A DNA stretch of 64,000 bases from Trichosphaerium sp. ATCC 40318 (lineage: Eukaryota; Protista; Tubulinea): the NCBI GenBank assembly GCA_038496445.1, contig JALMLS010000573.1, positions 284,917 through 348,916 on the forward strand. Direction: 5' to 3'. The notes beneath the pieces were generated by a model. It made no database searches, was not told the DNA's origin, and worked only from the letters and a program-made list of their open reading frames with translations. Position numbers and translations under genes: made by a program. Shown here one piece after another: positions 12,204 to 26,052 of this stretch (its first letter is position 1; each line of letters starts with the position of its first letter).

Positions 12204-15200
12204 ATGGGTGATGCCACTAAAGAGAACTCCTTTAGGTCTAAAACCAATGGATCACGTACTAGTAGTAATGGGGTAAGAGGTAACCATGATAATTCAAGCG
12301 ATTCTGAGAGCAAAGGCCGTCATGTTCTACAAGCTTCTGTTTCTTCAACAGGAAGCGAGGATATTACTATCAATGCGCTCAAACAAACGTGGGGTGGTAT
12401 AAAGGCAGAGAACTTCCTGGGAGATACTCCTATAGCTCGTAACTGTCATGCTACTGATATTAATGGCCATTTGATGATAGTACGACTACGTTTAAGTTTT
12501 TTTTTTGAAAAAATCGAATTCTTCTTCAACCCTTTTAATGAGTTTTCTCTTGTTTATTATCGTTATTAGGTATTTGGTGGTGTACATTTAAATCAAAGGA
12601 GCACTGCTTTAAACGATGTCGTGATTTATAATCTTGGTACGCAATTTTAGACGCTTTTTCAAGAGGTTACCTCTTCAAGCCACGTGCTCAATATTAAAAA
12701 GGAACTGTTACTGACTTGTGTTTTTTTTAACAATTGTTTAGAAGAAAACAGGTGGTACAATAAACAGACTACCGGCACAAAGCCTTCAAAGCGTTATTGC
12801 CATTCGGCCAATGTGTGGCAGAATAAACTCATTGTTTTTGGTACGTTTTCTTTATGCTCAGAGCTGTTTTAAGCTTCAACTTTCTTGAATTACTGATTCA
12901 CATCAAACAATTGTCTTTTGTTTCTAACACATAGTCTACGCTTTAGGTGGTTTTGATCCTGCTACTACGCTAAGACAAAACGACGTTCATTATCTTGACT
13001 TGGGTACGGTTTTTATTATCGGTTTATCGAGAGCTGCGTGACGCTTTTAATTTGTTTTTTTATCACGCAGTATTACCACGATAGGTTTACTTCTCGAATG
13101 TTTTATCTGGTTTTTTTATCAAGAAGCAACCCAAGCCAGATTTTTTTTGAAAAGGCCTTTCACATAGAAAACAAATATTTTTACACATACCTCAGTACAA
13201 GCCAATGAACGCCTTATATCCATTGTTTGGTGAGGTTGGTTCCTTTTTATCAAGTTTATTTTGTCCTTGTTTTTTTTTTTTCATCTTCTTTCTTCTTGCG
13301 CGTCTTTGTGTTACAACGTCACGTTGATATAAAAAGCTCAACCTTGTATTTTTATAGATCACTACAGATGGATACAACCTGCTATACCCGCAGACACAAG
13401 TCCAGAACCGCGAAGCCATCATCGTTCAGTTGTTTATGGGAACAAAGCACGTCATAAAAAAAAAATTTTAAAATGTCGTACCTAACGCCATTGTGACAAA
13501 TTTTACCTTAAAATCACATCATGATTTCTGGTTTTTGTCAGAAATTTTTGTGTTTTTTATTTCTTGATTTTTTGTGAAAAATGTAGGCTTTCTTTTCGTT
13601 TAAATAATTTACTTATGCTTATAATAAAATGTGAGCGTATATAATTATATGTTATTGATCTAATTGATGGATTTTAACGGGAGATTAAAGATGATTTGAA
13701 AAAATTTTTTTTCTTTTTTTCTTTTTTGGATGCTTGTGTTTTTAATGTACTGTAGCTCCTTGTATTTGGCGGTCTTTCTGGTAAGACTATGTTACGTTTA
13801 AATGGTACGTTAATAAAAGAAAATTAAAACCATAAAATCTTTTGTGATTGTTGATCTTTTGTTCTCTCTAACATCTCACTGTTTTTTAGACGTTCAGTTA
13901 CTTGATTTGGGTAGGCGCTTTTCGACTGTTTTGAAAAGGAACTACGTATTCACTTATTGATAGAGTCCTGGCGTTGGTCTACACCACAAACAAAGGGTCA
14001 TGCGCCTTCACAGCGTCTATTCGCATCATTAAATATATGGCGGAATAAGCTGGTGTTGTTTGGCGGTTACACTGGTAAGTAATAATAAAAAAAAACGAAC
14101 TTTGTTTTTTTCTTTTTTTTTTTTTTCATTGGGGTATTGTCGGGAAAACTCCTCTTCGGAACTCTAAGCTGCTTGATTTTTTATTTTAAAATTACTTGTA
14201 GGTAACCAAAGATTAAATGATGTTCACCTTCTTGACCTTGGTACGTGATATTATACTTGAAATTAAACAAGAAAAAAAAAAGTTTTTATCTTCGTTCTGT
14301 CCAATTTCCACATGTATTTGTGTTGTATGGAATAAGGAGAATTTAAATCAAGCATCTATTTATTCATTAAACCAAAAAAATTATAAGAGGTGGTATTTGG
14401 ATATTGTGATTCGTTTTGTTGATTACTGTCAGCATTTTCGTTAAACTTTTTTTTTATCAGCTTTTTTTAACGTTTGTTTTGCTTTTACCACTCACGCTAA
14501 CTCTCCGAAAAGGAACTTGGACGTGGATACAGCCTCTAGTACAAGGAACTAGCCCTACAGCCCGTTATGGCCACAGTACCATGGTGCTAGGTACCTCTTC
14601 AGACGTTATGCTTTGCTGATCTTTTTCTTTCAATTAGGCAATAAACTTCTTGTTTATGGCGGAAATGCTGCATTGAATTATCACGAGTCAGATTTACATC
14701 TATTAGATTTGGGCACGTGATATTTAAAAAAACAAAACCGAATAAGTTTACAAAAAAGACACGTGATACGTGTTAAATTGCTAATCACCTCAAGTTTAGA
14801 AACTATGTGTTGGGTTGGTTTAGATGAGAAAAGAAGTGTTGTAGGTCATGCATATCATACAGCTGTTCTATACCAAAATAAAATATTCTATTGGGGAGGA
14901 AAACACTCTGATGATACAGTCAATAACGATATTACAATCCTAGACTACAGTGACGTGTTTATTATTCTTTGCTGACTTCATTGAAAACTCATTTCTTCTG
15001 TAGCTACAATCAATGCTTTGAAAGAAGTAACGTTTGACGAAGCTGTTGATCGTATACAATCTACATTTAGTCGACTTTCTGTCGTTATAGGATCTGGTAC
15101 TGAGCCTACCATAATAGAATCAACGCACAGGTATGTCATTGATTGCAATATGCTAGCGATCGACATCTAACTAAGAATCAAACATATTTTATTTGAACGC

Positions 15201-16362
15201 CTGTTATTTTCTTACCAGGTTGGTTTAGGGATAGAATGTCTCGGCGTAGTTTAACTCCAGTAACTCCTGAAATGCTGCAAGCATTCGAACAAGGATTATA
15301 CGTACCACCAACTCAAAGTCGTCCGTAAGTTGAATTTTCTGTTAAACCAGTTTTTTGTCATTACTAACTGATCATGTTAGAACATCGATGCATTCTCATA
15401 TATCTGGAGCTACTAGGCCACAATCAGTAAGTTGGGTTTTTTTTTCCGGCATATGGATAATCAGTGAATGCTTACTTTTTTCCCTCGTGTAGCAAGGTTT
15501 CTGGCGTCAGAGTCAACAACTAGGTCTTATGTCTATCAACCATGAAGTAGATGATATGCTTCGTACACTAAGAAAACAGTTTACTCATTTGATGGAGGAG
15601 AGAAAATACTTACAACACGAAGCACATGCGCTAGACAAGAAGGTGCGTTCAATTTGAAAAAAAACCCTCTCCACTTAACCTTTTCGGCTTTTGATTACAA
15701 AAGAATACTTCCGTCATTTACTAACTGATACTGATACGCTGCATTACTGCGAAATACGTATTATTGGAATATTAATAGTTGTATTAGCGATCCAAGTTTG
15801 AGGATGAGAAGAAGAGAATGGCAAAATACTTAAAGCAACATAACGGAAATCAAAAGATTCGTCTTAGTGTTGGTGGAGCAGAGTTTTGTACTACTTTATC
15901 TACCCTCACAAACGATAGAGATTCTATGTTAGCTTCTATGTTTAGTGGTAGATACAACGTTACCAAGGATGAATCCGTAAGTGCATTGTTTTCTGAAAAT
16001 CTTCTGAACGAATGAAAAGTTGCTTTGATTCTCCTTTTGTTGCACTGTATAATTATGTAGTACGATGATCACATAATCTTATTCTTTATATAGGGTTGTG
16101 TCTTTATAGACAGAGATGGGACTCATTTCCGTTATATTCTAAAGTATCCACACCAAGAACTTTTTTCTTTCCTTCTTTTTTCGTATATTAAAAACCTTCA
16201 CTGAAAAAAAGCTATCTTCGAGACGGAGCTATTACTCTACCTAAGGATGAGATACTCTATAATGATCTTCTTCGTGAGGCAAAATTTTACCTTCTTGGAG
16301 GGTTGATTGAGCACTTGGAAGAGAAGTTAAACGCCTTTGAAGAAAAAGATAATGTAAAATAA
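12204..16362 (+). CDS. Kelch-repeat protein with C-terminal KCTD-type BTB/POZ domain
   Basis: Repeated P..R..H.....GG kelch units (PIARNCHA, PSKRYCHSA, PTARYGHS) and a coiled segment. The BTB domain reads IRLSVGG..FCTTLSTL...DSMLASMFSG...FIDRDGTHFRYIL.YLRDG. Confidence 0.9.
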
Positions 16363-17729
16363 CACCAAAAAAAAAGAAAACCAAATCAAAACTGACCAAA
16401 CTTATCCCTCGTACAGTACCTACAATACAGTACCTTTTTTTAAAAAACCCAGATGAAACAGATTTTTGTATTTTTATTATGATTGAAAAGAAAAGACAAA
16501 AAATAAAATAGATATTTCTTGCTTTACAAGCTGAATGTTAACGGTGATACTGATAAAGTTTTTGAAGAAATTTGTTCAACTTTTCACCTACATTGTTTAG
16601 AATTCCTTTCCTCAGTGCGCGGCCTTGTTCATGCAACTTGGGTAATGGTTATTGGTTTAGGCACTCGTATCATTTTACCTACAGGTGGTACCTTGAACGT
16701 TCAGGCTCAGAGCTTGGTTTTTGTTGATACTGGTGAAAAAACATAACAATGTTGAGCAAACTTCCTTACTTAATGCGCTAATTTTGCTAGGTTACTTGAG
16801 AGAGTTACAGTTTCGCTAGGGCTGCACTAAGAATTTTATGAGGTTACAGCACAAGCAATATTGCAAGGCAAAATCCAACGTATTCTAATATCGACAGCAG
16901 ATAGGCTTGTGTTCTGTGTTGTACCTAATTCAAGCGACAGTTTCACTACTAAGTGGTTATGCCATATTTATTGTTTAGAATATTGTTTTCGCAGCTCGAG
17001 TTGGTGGAGCTTACGCCGAAAACACTTCACGGAGTAATGTTAAGTTGAACTTGTTGCCTATTTTGATTACCTTGTGTTCTATAATGGTGTTAAGCGATTA
17101 ACAATACATAGTTACACGTATTAGCTCAAACGGTATTGAGAACACTGAGGAATTGACCCGGATGTCGACAAACTATTAACGATAATGCATATTTCGAGCT
17201 CGGTTTGGTTCATCATTGTGAGTATGTAGTTCACGTTAACGAGCAAACCTGTTTTATTTACGTGCTAGCACCCGTAAAACAAGTCATGAGGGATGAAAAA
17301 TGCGTAGGTTATGAGTAGTGACGACTCAAAAAATGGATTTTTTTTTTTTCGGATCCGTCAATTCCTGAAAAACGCTAAGTTCACTCTAACAGGTTTAAAT
17401 ACGTTCCTCGATACTAACTAGTTTAATATTGTAACGTTTTACGCATCATGATGAAAAAAAAAAACATGACATTTCTTGCAAGGTCCTTTCTTCGCGTTTT
17501 GGTGTAAAAAACAACACCTCATGGCGTAGAAAGTGCGATAAAACCACACGCGAGACTTAATTTTATGCATTGAACAAGTTAAGTCATAAAAACAGTTTGC
17601 AAGTACTGAGAGGAGCATTTCTCGAACTCTTTACCTTATAAGGTGCGCATAGTGTAAAAAGCAGACAACTAGACGTCTTTTAGTGATACAATACGCGTTT
17701 AAATTGTTTAACCACCTTATAGCTATAGC

Positions 17730-19654
17730 TATAACTACAAGACGAAATAGTGTGGTACGGCATTTCGATTGTAGGATTGCAAAATTAACCGCTCTTTTTT
17801 TGTTAAGGCAGAATATTACGAAGAAATAAAAAAATGCTTTCGAAAGGGCTAAAAAGGTACCTGAATTCTACAACTTTTTTATACCTAAGTCTCCTCTCAT
17901 TTTTTTTTTCAAGGCCATTAGCAGATAACCAAACTGAGCAACCGTCGAAGAAGCATAAACCAGAACCTGTAGAGTATGTTTTAAATTGTGTCAAGGGGCA
18001 ACAAATTATTCAACGTAAAAAAGACATGATTGCTGTACGTCAACAATTTGAGTTCTTTTGACATACCTTGACATACCTTGATGTAATGAAATATAGTCTG
18101 GAGAGATACCACCACCGATCGTTCTTTCATTGCACAAAATCACACGTACGTACAAGCATTCTTGTTTTTTTCCATTTTCTGGTTTATCACTCACAGCCAC
18201 ATAGTTTCAGATAAATTCCAAGATTATTGCTACAGCGTGGTTGTAGACTACATAGACAAACCAGAAAGATACACACCATGTACCGACAGTGTTCACCAAG
18301 ACTATTTAGAAGTTGCACTTCCAGCACAACTTGCAAATAGGCGCCTTGCGGTGGTATGCTTCTTTATGTCAAATGGACTCTAATATTGTTAGGACAAGTA
18401 TTTGTCCTACTATAAGTGTTTTAATACTGAGGAAATATACTTCTTATACTATTTCCTAGCTCCATTTTTATTGTACGTTGATGTTTCTAATTCTTGTTTT
18501 ATTCTATTTATTTTTGCGTAATCTTGCGCTCATTTTTCTTTGCAGGGAACATTATAATGAAAAAGGCAAACTTAAAACTAAGTGCAGCACTTTTAAGCGT
18601 GAAAGAAAAGCGTTTGAAACCCAGGTTAATGCAGTTTTTCCACTTGAAACTAAATCTGTTTTTCTTTAGCTACACTTTCAACTTTTGAAGTTGCTTTGGT
18701 ATAAGTTGTCAGTTGATCAACAGAATTCACTTCATTACGATTTTGTACCTATTTGTGCCTACGGATATGGAAACGAAACGAAATACTTGTACAAGCCAAC
18801 TTACTTTATTGATTCTACTAACACAACTCTTTAGTAAGTCTAAAGTGAAAGTTCTTTCAGTGGGATACAATGGAGCAAGAAGTGATCAAATACTGGGATG
18901 CAATGGAGTGACTATGGTTGACTTTATAAACGCACATCCGTTTGAGTTTGTACCGAAAAAAATAACTGACAAGTTTAAACACATAGCGAATACTTATTTC
19001 TCTTCAGTAAGTTATCTATTTATCATTGCTATTAATGTTATTTTTTAGAAAAAACGAAAAGGACACCACTACTTTTCCAGAATATCAATGCTTCTGAACG
19101 GTATCGATGCAGACTATTGTTCTGAAACCATAAAAAACACTTGCTTGCATATTGACTTACTGTCACCTTTTACAACTGCTGAAAACTGGGGAAGTCTTTC
19201 AGGCATGAATTACATTACAAAGCAAAGAAAGAAACTAACCCCTTTTAAAATAGACCCAATAAAACAAATGAATGAAGTGTTTTCACCTTTAGCTCTTCAT
19301 AGAATTACTCATCTAAAACCAGACATTGTTTTTATGAGTTTAACGCTTAAACATGTTCAATATACCTTTACAATTGGTCCTTGTAGAGTTGTTGACGGTT
19401 GTAGCATTGTAAAAACAAAGAGGACATACAATTTGATTTATGCTGTAGCTACATTAATACTACCAGATAACAATCGTCATGACTTCTTAATGTTTCAAAT
19501 CGCACCTCAACAACTACCAGCAGGTGGTCTATCAAATGTTGAAACAATTGGATGGGGCATAGAAATGAAGCAATTTTTGCGTAAGTTTTGTGATAGAAAC
19601 AAAAAGACGTACAAAAATTTAGTGAAAAGGCTAAGAGCGGGATATTCTTTTTGA
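17730..19654 (+). CDS. Uncharacterised multi-exon protein, possibly uracil-DNA-glycosylase-like fold (start uncertain)
   Basis: Consistent splice signals and a long terminal exon (ORF 19088-19654). Motifs KVLSVGYNG, PYFSRI, HIDLLSPFTT and ITHLKPDIVFM loosely recall the UDG superfamily. Confidence 0.5.
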
Positions 19655-20737
19655 AACGCCACAAAATTAATGTTGAAAAATAACAATAAATAAAATACAT
19701 GTTGAGCAATTTGGTTTGGGTTTTTTTAAATCACATGGCACTATGCCTAAGCTAACAACTGATAGACTTCTGGAAAGTTAAATTTAAATGTACACGTTTT
19801 GACTGTGTGGAGGGTTTAAGTTTCGAGGCAACAATTAGTGAGCTATGGGATTTTTATTATGTGTTAGCTTCACTTGGTCTTGTTAGTCCAACTACCAGAT
19901 TGGAGGGGAATGCATCTCCCTCGGCGTCAATATGTGTTTTTCACTCCAACATAACTTCAGTACAACATTGGAGCAACACACCATCAAGTCAGGTCTTGAA
20001 TTCTCAAGTTACTTGCCACCCGCATATCAACTATTAAAGGAGAACAAGTGCTCGGGATTTAAGCGTAATTTGATCAAACAAACAAGACCTGAAACCACAG
20101 TTTACGCCTACCAGCGATAGCTGTTAGTAGTGCGTAACAACTTTTCACAATCAGAGTTCTTTGTCTACAACAATCCAATCGGCATTGCAACATTTTCGAC
20201 TTTTCGGCTCGATTCGAATAGTTTTATCGCTATCCACACTGTGCCACCAATGGCGTACTATTTGGGCTGAATGTAGGATAAGAAAAGGTGTCGTCCCACG
20301 TGTTTCGTTAAGATAGCTGCTATAGACATGACTGCTATTTTGGAATTGTTTGTTAAATTGTCTTTGTAGATTAATGTCGCTTTTGATGGTTGTTAGGTAC
20401 AGTCATTGGGCCGTATAAACTTGGGAACGATACGCAGCGTTTAATCGCTCTGGAATAGGGCACTGTGACATATCTGTTTTCGCACTCAATTCTACAGCGA
20501 ACAATTAAAGAGATGTACAAAAGATTGTAGAAGAGAAAATTAGAAACAGCTTACATGAGGCTTGATCTGTTGGTAGGATAATTGTTTTCACATCTTCAAA
20601 ATTTTTAGTTTGCACTCTGTGCCAGTCATTGTGGATTCAAAAATAAGCAGTAATTGTATTTAAAAGGTTTATTTATTGATTAAAACAATAACACTGTGTT
20701 TTGTGAAAGGTTTTTGCTTGCTATCAACCTCCCTTAT

Positions 20738-23700
20738 TTATAGAACAGTTGATCCAGGCATGTTCATACTGATTCCTCTGATATTGAGATGTTTCGAGCA
20801 AAGTATAGCTCCTCGTTGAGCCATACGTACAGGAGATGGAACCGAAATAGGATCTATGAAGCATTAAGACAAAAAGTTAAAATGCAAATATTGAAATTCA
20901 TGTTGTACTGTTCATGTTAAAGTATAGCAAACAGAGGCCATAAGTTAGCTGTACGATAACGTTTTGATCAAACTGAGCGATAGTAGTATCAAATAAAATC
21001 TCGTAGCGCGTTGGACGAGCCAACTGCTTGGTGCCTTTAACCTACAAAAAAAAATAAATTTGGCTTAGAAGCATCAAAACTCAAATAATAGCCGTACAGT
21101 TTTCCCAACGTGAGATTGTAGAATAAATCCACGTTGTGGCCAATGCGTTATAGGTGCAACTAAGCTACTACTGTCTTCGCTGTCAGCTTCTTGATTTGCC
21201 ATAGCGTGAGGATCACCATCAGTATGTGTTAAATTTTCAGCATAAATACCCTCTTCAACTGCACGAAGAGATGCTTCTGGTGTTGTTTTCTCAACAAACA
21301 ATGCATTTCGTATTTTGACCAAATGCGTGTCTATAAGAGTGCCTGGCTCGAGGTTATCGACATTAGTTCCTAAAGTACATAAATAAGTATTTGTTAACAA
21401 CTGAAACTGAAGAAAAATGAAATGTTGTTTTTCACTCACCTCTTTGTGTAACTGCCATGATACGTGTTTTTATACGTCCAATGACACAAATATACTGCAT
21501 TGTTATTACTTGGTTTCCATTGGAAGTCACATTGTAAGTCTAGGAAATCCACGTGAGTGAAACAAGCTATCTCAATAAAGACAAAAGCTTTTACCTTTAC
21601 TAGTTTGGCAATACTATTGATTTCAGCATCTCTCCCTCTCACGCCTCCTTCACTATTTTTCTGTTAGTGGCAAACCGTGTGTATTATTATAAAAGCATAC
21701 CGGTATATTATGAGGTATTTTGGATACCCTCCAGTATCAGCTTTATGACCTAAGTACAGTTTAACATTTCAAAACAATAGGGTTTTAATTTCATACGTTC
21801 AAAGGCATTCTCAAACCATTCCTAAAGGAAAAAAGGTATTAGCTACTTGTACAGATCAACAATACTTACCAGTGAAACGTTTCCGTCTGCCGCAGATGTA
21901 ACTTGTTTAGAGTAAACAACCTCACTTGGGTATCCACTGTCCGAACTTCCGTACATCGTAAACCTAAAAGATAAGTGAGTTTTTCTGTACATCGAACCAT
22001 AACGCACATGCATAACCACCGTTTACCGCCTGTACTTGAACTAGCGATCCCGCATATTACCATACTAGATAAGAACTTGCTGTTGATACTAGGATGACCC
22101 CAGTTCGTGATCTTCCAAGGTAATCCACCCAACTTTCTTACAACCTAGATAACAATTATCAATGGAGCTTTTGGTTAACGAAAAAGCGCCTCACACGTGC
22201 CTGAATACATAACTTTTGTAGAGCTGAATGTTTTAAGAGTACACTAAAAAGGAACGATACATGAGCAAGAAAACTTTGATGTAACAAAACAATGTGAAAG
22301 AAAATAGTACCTTGCATGAACACATTGAGACACAACATTGTATTGGTCAAGTTTTTCCTTTATGACTCTATAGAGGTGATCGTTATCACCTTTTCTACCA
22401 GAAAAAATAACGAGGACAAATCTGTATTTGGCTCCGCTGTCAAGCTCTTCGTTCAACTTGCGTTCTAATCTAAAAAAAGATGTCTGATAAGTAACTTTTT
22501 TGTCAAACAGTTTTTTTTTTCTCTTACTCATTATTTTTAAACACCACCACTTTAGTTTGGTTGTTAGCTATCATCCCATACTCTTTCATTTTATTAAAAA
22601 AGCTATTCTCACTATTTTGAGCACCACCAGCGACAAAAACAATCCAAGGATCTCTAAAGTCCAACCTCCTAGAAACAGTGTTTTGATCCCAATGTGTCGT
22701 TTTTGGATCTACTTTTTTAGAATTACGTGGCGCCATCTCTAGCCTAGATACAAACATTATTGTTGTTGCTATCAATAGGTACACAATCTGAAGTAAAACG
22801 CACGTGATAGGGTTAATATAAACACCATCAAACTGTAAGGGAGCATCCTCAATAGTAAAGTTCCATTTATCAAGATCTCCTCCCTTTGAAGCTTGCAAAG
22901 TATTTGCATTGTTAATGACGACATCATATCTTTTGCGTGCATCAATCTTAGTCAAACTATCCATTTCTTTGATATCCTTTGGACTAAAAACTCCAATTAG
23001 GTACAAAAGTAACACTATTCCCATTGCCAGTGGCACATACCTTAGGTTACCAATGATACGGCATAATTGCGGAAGGTACCTTGTACTCTTATCGTTCTGT
23101 CTAGCTGGCCTGCAAAAAAAGGTGAGAAAGAGAAGGGAAGTGACCATTACTGTATTTTACGCACACTATCAATGGTTGGTTAACATCAATTGTTATGGTG
23201 TATGTATTGTAGTAGTATTCTTCAAAGGTAAGTGAGTTCTCGTCTTCACTGTCAATTCTGAGTTTGTTCAATGGTATACCCTCATGAAAGTCCAAGGATC
23301 TGCAAATCAAGAAGGTAAGTATGAAATAAGACGAAGGAAAGAAAACACTTACTCAGCAAAAAAAGATACTCTGCGCTTGCCATAGTTCGTAACCATTTGC
23401 TTATGAGAAATGAAGTCCCTCAATTTTCTGTTGCGAGGAAGTTCATGAAACCTACCTATTGTATACAGTTAACTTAAACATGTGGAAGTACAAGTACTAA
23501 CCATATTCTTTGATTGTGTCCCAGACAGTCTCTACAGGTAGAAGTAAGCAACGTCACCTAGAGACAAACAAAAAAAAACTCACGTGTTTTTAGACACTTA
23601 TAGATGTTATCAACAAATATTAAATCTACATCAGCACAAACAAAACCACGCCCACGATAAGGTGCTGTAGCACCTTCATAAACATCCATGTATCTCATTT

Positions 23701-24727
23701 TTTTCACTGGAGTTTTCCTCAATTGGTCACGCCCTAGCCTTAAGGGAAATTGTTTGCCAAGCATCTTAAACAAGAACAGTATTAGCGCCTTATCTGCTTG
23801 TTAACCATGAATAAAACGTACTATTCTTAGTATGGAGTTAATGATGTGGCTCCTAGCCGCGGCGTTTGTGTTAACATCAACTGTAGCTACATACTTGAAC
23901 TGTAGAAAATACTCTCTTTTTCCTGGGACACCTTTGAGTGGCACATCTGTAAAATGAATGACGTTAATGTCAAAATTGAAAGCAAAGTAAAGTGGTACAG
24001 CGTGACCCCTTTAAAAGCAAATGTGGCTGTAAACGTACTTGGTACAGTTGCATCTTCCTTTAGAAGATACAAGTTTCTACCGCCCATTATCCAACTAGAA
24101 GATAACTAAATACACAATATCTAGCGCTAACTAATACGCACGGGGTATTTGGTATATTATTATTGATCCACACTGAAACCAAGATTGAGAGTAGTCTCAT
24201 TGAATATATCATGGGCTAAAAAAACGTGTCATCAAAAATGGATTAAACGAAAACATGTGCATACCTGTATTTCAATAGAATACATCTGTATGGGACATTT
24301 GGGCTCGATATGCACCTTGAATGCATTTGACACAAGCCACACAGTTTTGTTTGGCTCGTGTTTATACAAAAACGACTTTTTTACTTCGTCTTCGTCAACA
24401 TCGTAATCTACATCGTAGTATGTATACTACATACAAGTAAGCAGAGAAAGACACTGTATTCATTCACACCTCTGGCTCACATCTTATTCGGTCGTATTTA
24501 CCTAAAAAAAAACCACGTGACAAAAGTGATGACATGACTTAAAACATACCATCCAAATCAAGAGGCTTCAGTTGGCTTCTTCCAGGCCTTGGTCCTCTAC
24601 CTCGCCAACCGCCACTGCCGCCTCTATCACCCCAGCCGCCTCTATCACCTCTACCGCCTCTATCACCCCAGCCGCCTCTCTGTGGAGCTCTTCCTCGTTG
24701 TGGGTAGGGCTCGAACCTACGTGCCAT
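20738..24727 (-). CDS. Divergent Argonaute/PIWI protein, predicted slicer-inactive
   Basis: N-terminal RGG repeats. PAZ: TFEEYY..PLI..YLPQLC. MID: VVSQCV, KLGGLPW. PIWI: LIIYR, PGTLID, FILQSH, ARPTRY, LTYGLCLLYFN, SVPSPVRMA. Confidence 0.92.
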
Positions 24728-25275
24728 ACTAAAACGTTTTTAGTGAGTGGAAAAAACCGTTGGGAACAAGTTCACAAGTTCGTACATACGACAACCTTTT
24801 TGCTGTAAAACTTATTCCTGAAGTGGCTGTATCGCAAAACAGTGAGTTATATTCTTTTAGCGTTATGTCTCTAACGTACCTTCTTGTAGTGTGGTTAACT
24901 CTAATACTGAGGTTTGGAGACCGCTAGTAACATGTTGTGACACTAAAATAAAATAACGGTTTTTGCGTTAAGTTAAGGAGTACGTAACTAGAGGTCTTAG
25001 AAAAACAGTTATCGACTTAACCGGTTTTGGCAATTCGTAACCGGTTCGGTTACAGTTACGATATATTGAACGTTGTTGGGTTCATTGTCAGCCACCTGAC
25101 GCTTGTTTTTAATCCAAACTACTCTCACAAACTATAAAATACAAAGTTCTACACGTTGAGTGGCTGAAAGCCTAATATTGAGTCGTCTTTTTTAAATTTA
25201 CGGCCAATCACGTGACAATTTTCTAGATCTTTACAACCATACAGGATTCGCCAAACTTTTCAACATCGTTTCAAG

Positions 25276-25862
25276 TTGCAACGGAACATAAAAGTTCAAA
25301 TATGTAAGCTCAAGTTGTATGTTTATCTTAGTAGAATGCATCTTCGTAGAATGCAGTTTTCCACTGAGGATCTGGGTAAACAATCTTATTGGAAGAGTGT
25401 CGTTGGATATGAAGATGTTTCACACACTGTCAACTTCTTTCGCAAGGCATATGAAAATAGTACTGACTTTACTTTGACTGCGAGGTCTGGGAACCACTCT
25501 AAGCTTTAATGTGTAAACTATGGCGGACTTGGAGGAATTCTTGTCGTTTGAGTCGTGTTCTTGTGTACTTCAACCAACTGAGCCTCCTACCAGCGTACCT
25601 ACTCAGCAACCAACTGAGCTGCCATCTCAAAGACCTACAGAGGCACCATCAATAGCGACAAGCATGTATCTTTTTGATATTAAACGAGTTTGTATTAATT
25701 CTATTTCTAGTATTGTTCCAAGAAATCACGTGTCTTCAATACGATGGTACTGATCAAGGCCGCTCATTTGATGGATTACTTGATATCTTCTTATCAAGAT
25801 TCGCTATTGCACTCTTTTTTTTACACGTCACAATAAACTTACACGTCAAACAAGACATCTGA
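25276..25862 (+). other. Possible small gene or remnant with Pro/Thr-rich PTEPPT-type repeats
   Basis: QPTEPPTSVPTQQPTELPSQRPTEAPS stalk-like repeat with plausible splice sites. No clear complete model. Confidence 0.3.
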
Positions 25863-26052
25863 AAAGCCTGAAATTAGCTGCAATTTATACATTTGAACAA
25901 GCTAACTACGTCCTTGTAGTGATTATGACACGGTATTTATAAAATATCTTTACTACTGTATGTTCATTGTCAACAAAAAGCCAGATTTGCATTTGTAACC
26001 AGTCATTACTTTATGGTTTGTTTTGAACATCAACATCTGGTAGTCCAAGTGC

